Assembly: GCA_964429815.1 (NCBI GenBank)
Contig: CAYSCM010000001.1
Span: 164,240-228,239, forward strand
DNA: 64,000 bases
Source: an uncultured Candidatus Saccharibacteria bacterium
Lineage (GTDB): Bacteria; Patescibacteriota; Minisyncoccia; Phycocordibacterales; CAYSCM01
Direction of reading: 5' to 3'
Shown in pieces: positions 61,206 through 64,000 of this stretch. Positions within the stretch are counted from its first letter, which is position 1; each line of letters opens with the position of its first letter. The notes under the pieces are model-generated. The model saw only the letters and a list, made by a program, of their open reading frames with translations, did not search any database and had not been told where the DNA came from. A program made the position numbers and the translations under genes.

Positions 61206-62738
61206 CTAGGAAACGTGGTAGCGTCCGCGAATTTTTTTTATCTCCTCCCCTTCCGCCTCAGCCTTTTTCTCTTTACCGCTATCACCTAACTTTTTTAGTT
61301 CTGCTTCCGAAAGCTTCACTAATTCTTTCGAACGCGATTCAAGATACTCCGCTGAATTTTTTTTCGGGTCATCGAGTACTTCTTCCAAAAGTGCGTGCAG
61401 AACGAATCCTATTTTTGGCCCGGGCTTTTCATTCGTCACCTCCATTACCTTCACCCCATCGATTTTGAGCATGCCCACGGAGATCGGATCGCGCAACGCC
61501 TCCTCGACCATCGATTGATATTTACGAAATCGAAAGGGTTGTTCTTTCGGTCGGCCCGTGCCGATGCGATCACACACGCGCAGATTCATAAGATCCCAAA
61601 TATTTTCCGGTCCGACATTTCTAATGACGCGACGCACTGCGGAAAGTGTTATTTTTTCTGGATCGGAAAAAAACATGTGCCAACGAACAAGCTCCACAAC
61701 CTTACTGATGGTGTCGCTCGGAAAGCGCAGGTCGGTGAGGATTTTTTTAGTACGCTTCGCGCCAACTACGTCGTGGCCGTAAAAAGTCCAGTCTTTTTTT
61801 TCATCCGACCAGCGTCTCGTCTCCGGTTTAGCTATGTCGTGAAAAAGCCCCGCCAGGCGAAGATCGAGCGACCACCCTTTATCTGCCGCGTGCTGAAGGG
61901 TGCGTAAGTTATGCTCAAAAACGTCGAATTTGTGGGCTTGATTTTGATCTACCCCGATACCCTGCTCGAGCTCCCCCGCGATGAAGGGCAGGACCTTGAG
62001 TTTCTCTGCCAGCCAGAGACCTTGGGCGGGACTATCCGTTTGAAGAATGCGGACAAACTCGTCTCGAATACGCTCCTTCGATATCTTGGAGAGGCTTCTG
62101 GCACTTTGTTCTATGGCTGCCGCCGTCCTCTCTTCTAGAGAGAAGGTAAGGTCGGTCGCTATGCGAATAGCGCGAAGCATGCGAAGCGCATCCTCGGCGA
62201 AGCGGTCTGCTGGCTCTCCCACTGCACGAACGAGTTTCTTTTTAAGATCCACTTCCCCCTCAAAATGGTCGACAACCTCTCCGGTATGGGGGTTTAGCGC
62301 GAGTGCATTTATGGTGAAATCGCGGCGCTTGAGATCTTCTTCGAGTGTGGCACCAAATTCAACCGAATCAGGGCGGCGGGCATCCGAGTACTTCCCCTCC
62401 CGTCGGTATGGGGTTACCTCGATAACCTTCAGACGAAGGTCGACGGCCTCCTCGTTCACTACCCCCACTGTGCCGAATTCATTGGTGTAGAAGGTATTAG
62501 AAAACAACTTCTGTATTTCCTCGGGACGGGCATTCGTCGCCACGTCCCAATCTTTTGGTTCGCGTCCGAGGAGGAGGTCGCGTACGCAGCCACCGACGAT
62601 GTAGGCCTCAAAACCGGCCTTTTCTAGGGCTTCAGTGACAGCGAGCACCTCATGTGGGATGGAAACGTCGTGCGATTTTGGCACCCCTGCATTATACGTG
62701 TTTTCCCATAAGCTCACTTTGTCGTAGTATGGCCTCAC
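61206..62738 (-). CDS. cca: CCA-adding tRNA nucleotidyltransferase with HD domain and a charged C-terminal extension
   Basis: YIVGGCVRDLLLGREPKDWDVAT, RDFTINAL, HDIAKP. The GTG start abuts the divergent tRNA-Arg(TCG), so the exact start is uncertain. Confidence 0.85.
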   Translation of the reverse strand: MRPYYDKVSLWENTYNAGVPKSHDVSIPHEVLAVTEALEKAGFEAYIVGGCVRDLLLGREPKDWDVATNARPEEIQKLFSNTFYTNEFGTVGVVNEEAVDLRLKVIEVTPYRREGKYSDARRPDSVEFGATLEEDLKRRDFTINALALNPHTGEVVDHFEGEVDLKKKLVRAVGEPADRFAEDALRMLRAIRIATDLTFSLEERTAAAIEQSARSLSKISKERIRDEFVRILQTDSPAQGLWLAEKLKVLPFIAGELEQGIGVDQNQAHKFDVFEHNLRTLQHAADKGWSLDLRLAGLFHDIAKPETRRWSDEKKDWTFYGHDVVGAKRTKKILTDLRFPSDTISKVVELVRWHMFFSDPEKITLSAVRRVIRNVGPENIWDLMNLRVCDRIGTGRPKEQPFRFRKYQSMVEEALRDPISVGMLKIDGVKVMEVTNEKPGPKIGFVLHALLEEVLDDPKKNSAEYLESRSKELVKLSEAELKKLGDSGKEKKAEAEGEEIKKIRGRYHVS

Positions 62739-62739
62739 T

Positions 62740-62811
62740 GCCCCCGTGGTGAAATGGATATCACAACTGGCTTCGGACCAGTTATTGTGGGTTCGAGTCC
62801 TGCCGGGGGCG
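62740..62811 (+). tRNA. tRNA-Arg, anticodon TCG
   Basis: 72-nt cloverleaf. GCCCCCG/CGGGGGC, GTGA/TCAC, ACTGG-CTTCGGA-CCAGT, T-arm GTGGG-TTCGAGT-CCTGC, discriminator G. Confidence 0.85.
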
Positions 62812-63014
62812 CAAACGGCACAAAACGCGGTGCATTTTGCGCGTTTGCGCCAGGCGGAGCGATGTTTTGCGAGTACACAAAACCGTGAGCCGAGGCCGCG
62901 AAAATTCTGAGCGACGACGAAAAACTATTTTTGTGACCGCCTCGGCGTCGGGTGACAGATTCTAGATTGAGAAAGCACTGACGCGTGCTATAGTTTCCCC
63001 GAAGTATAAAGCAG

Positions 63015-63085
63015 GCGGCCATAGTTTAGTGGTAGGACGGATCCTTGCCAAGGATCAGGTGGGAGTTCGATTCTCCCTGGCCGCA
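63015..63085 (+). tRNA. tRNA-Gly, anticodon GCC
   Basis: 71-nt cloverleaf. GCGGCCA/TGGCCGC, GATCC-TTGCCAA-GGATC, T-arm GGGAG-TTCGATT-CTCCC, discriminator A. Upstream TTGAGA-16nt-TATAGT promoter-like site. Confidence 0.9.
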
Positions 63086-63088
63086 CAA

Positions 63089-63239
63089 AAGGACACTTCC
63101 CTACGGGGTCAGGGAGAATCGAACGGGAAGGGGTCGGGAAACGGCAGTTTCCCGCGGAGGCGGAGGAAGGCAGGCAAAGCCTCTGGAAAACCTGGGTTTC
63201 CAGAGAGTGAGATAGCGGGGCGTCTCCCTGGCCGCACAA
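63089..63239 (+). repeat. tRNA-3'-linked structured element, copy B, including a terminal 17-nt direct repeat of the tRNA-Gly 3' end
   Basis: tctccctggccgcacaa at 63072-63088 is repeated at 63223-63239. 63110-63124 (cagggagaatcgaac) is the exact reverse complement of tRNA positions 63065-63079. The core is homologous to 1122-1237. Confidence 0.6.
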
Positions 63240-63373
63240 TACGTAATAAACTTTTCTTACATGGCCTGTCTCATAGAAAACTCATAATTTGAGCGTTTCT
63301 GTGGATAAATCTGTGAGTATGTGTATTAAGGACAGTCCTATAACCAAAGAATGGCTTTAAATCCGTAAAAGTT

Positions 63374-63416
63374 TCACGTGAAAATTAGTTACACGTGAAA
63401 ATGTTACATGTGAAAT
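63374..63416 (+). promoter_or_regulatory. three tandem CACGTG-type repeats upstream of yraN
   Basis: tcacgtgaaaat (63374-85), acacgtgaaaat (63391-402), acatgtgaaat (63406-16). Confidence 0.35.
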
Positions 63417-63427
63417 GGCAATCCACA

Positions 63428-63808
63428 ATGAACGAACTGGGAAGACTCGGAGAGGACATTGTTTGCCGCTATCTTTCTGATAGGGGGTATCGGATTGTTT
63501 CAAGGAACTATCGTAAAAAGTGGGGTGAAATTGATGTAATTACGACTAAGGGCGGAATCCTCCATTTCATTGAAGTTAAAGCTGTTTCGCGTGAAAATCT
63601 TGACTCAATTTCACAAGAAACAAATTCCTATCGTCCAGAGGACAATGCTCATCCGGAAAAGCTCAGACGCCTTGCAAGAACCGTTGAAACATATTTACTG
63701 GAAAAAGGTGTAGAAGGTGGGCAGTGGAGATTTGATGTTGCGGCTGTCTATATCGATCAGAGGAAAAAGAAGGCAAAAGTTTCTCTTCTCGAGAACGTTA
63801 TTTTATAG
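63428..63808 (+). CDS. yraN: YraN-family (UPF0102) PD-(D/E)XK endonuclease-like protein
   Basis: GRLGEDIVCRYLSDRGYRIVSRNYRKKWGEIDVI...LHFIEVKA. Internal ATG at 63428. Confidence 0.8.
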   Translation: MNELGRLGEDIVCRYLSDRGYRIVSRNYRKKWGEIDVITTKGGILHFIEVKAVSRENLDSISQETNSYRPEDNAHPEKLRRLARTVETYLLEKGVEGGQWRFDVAAVYIDQRKKKAKVSLLENVIL

Positions 63809-63865
63809 GACATTATTAAGGACATGTCTTTTGGCGCTCAACCGTGCTATGATTTTGCCAACCAT

Positions 63866-63926
63866 GGGGCGTGGTGTAACGGCTAACATACCCGCGTGGG
63901 GAGCGGTTTTCCTTCGAGTTCTTCGT
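63866..63926 (+). pseudogene. decayed tRNA-Pro(GGG)-like fragment (intact 5' two thirds, no valid T-arm or acceptor 3' strand)
   Basis: 63866-63895 is identical to 63928-63957 of tRNA-Pro. The anticodon loop reads GTGGGGA. The downstream ttttccttcgagttcttcgtc cannot form a T-arm or acceptor stem. Confidence 0.6.
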
Positions 63927-63999
63927 CGGGGCGTGGTGTAACGGCTAACATACCCGCTTTGGGAGCGGGCGACTCCCGGTTCGAATCCGGGCGCCCCGA
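63927..63999 (+). tRNA. tRNA-Pro, anticodon TGG
   Basis: 73-nt cloverleaf. CGGGGCG/CGCCCCG (C1-G72), CCCGC-TTTGGGA-GCGGG, T-arm CCCGG-TTCGAAT-CCGGG, discriminator A. Ends one base before the window edge. Confidence 0.9.
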
Positions 64000-64000
64000 C

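Noticed and set aside
62876-62950. Interleaved complementary segments (cacaaaa / gccgaggc / ttttgtg / gcctcggc) between tRNA-Arg(TCG) and tRNA-Gly, suggesting a pseudoknot.
   Set aside because: The stems are short, there is no second copy for covariation, and the arrangement could arise by chance. It is noted only.
62735-63022. ORF 62735..63022 (minus strand, 95 aa) and ORF 62988..63239 (minus strand).
   Set aside because: They run antisense through tRNA-Arg(TCG), the tRNA-Gly promoter, tRNA-Gly and element B. They are spurious.
63281-63295. ctcataatttgag upstream of yraN as a collapsed third copy of the 38-nt palindrome.
   Set aside because: Only about 10 nt are shared, which is too short to distinguish from chance in an AT-rich stretch.
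63866-63926. Treating the first Pro-like sequence as a functional tRNA or as a Nanoarchaeum-style split-tRNA half.
   Set aside because: No acceptor 3' strand or T-arm can be formed, and no complementary leader for trans-splicing is visible. Bacteria are not known to use split tRNAs. It is called a pseudogene fragment.
1-64000. Search by eye for CRISPR arrays, rRNA genes, transposases or IS elements, integrases other than the Xer recombinase, and recoded stop codons.
   Set aside because: No regularly spaced direct repeats were seen. No rRNA-like or transposase-like sequences were seen. TGA, TAA and TAG all terminate well-supported genes, so the standard code applies.

Overview
This is a dense, operonic 64-kb bacterial chromosome window that uses the standard genetic code. 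It is GC-rich by eye, with a few visibly AT-richer patches. No GC values were computed, and all calls come from hand reading and motif recognition.

The window spans the replication-origin neighbourhood: dnaA-dnaN on the minus strand, rpmH-rnpA-yidC-jag on the plus strand, and an AT-rich DnaA-box region between dnaA and dnaN.

Housekeeping genes present:
- Ribosomal and RNA-related: rpsT, rpsO, pnp, rsmA, tsaE, tyrS, a CCA-adding enzyme.
- DNA replication and repair: ruvA, ruvB-yebC-ruvC, polA, a pcrA-like helicase, xth, a Xer recombinase, comM.
- Cell envelope and pili: a MurE-like ligase, PBP1A, a PilB-type ATPase.
- Five tRNAs, plus one decayed tRNA fragment.

The gene content suggests a Patescibacteria/CPR (Parcubacteria-like) genome. 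This rests on a T4SS-pilin-like protein, PrgI/VirB3-like and VirB4 genes, a lamin-tail-domain protein, and many small secreted or membrane proteins of unknown function. The lineage call is inference only.

Most interesting observations:
1. A roughly 135-145 nt structured element occurs twice, immediately after tRNA-Arg(GCG) and tRNA-Gly(GCC). Each copy is bracketed by a direct repeat of its own tRNA 3' end that starts in the T-loop. Each copy begins with an inverted copy of that tRNA's T-arm. Hairpins show compensatory changes between the two copies.
2. Two tandem ~0.97-kb cassettes sit at the 3' end of the holA-like gene. Each carries a multi-pass membrane protein gene and a divergent mini-TM peptide gene. 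Each is bounded by a copy of the last 9 codons of holA, conserved at the amino-acid level.
3. A 16.6-kb, 14-gene minus-strand secretion/pilus locus centred on VirB4. No relaxase or coupling protein is visible. It contains an AT-richer block encoding a 998-aa secreted lipase/LCAT-like protein.
4. Smaller items: an unclassified ~170-nt multi-helix RNA candidate between pilB and ruvB, a 38-nt perfect AT-rich palindrome present twice with a symmetric substitution, and an odd 5' region on the LysM/M23 peptidase gene.

No CRISPR array, rRNA or recognisable transposase was seen.
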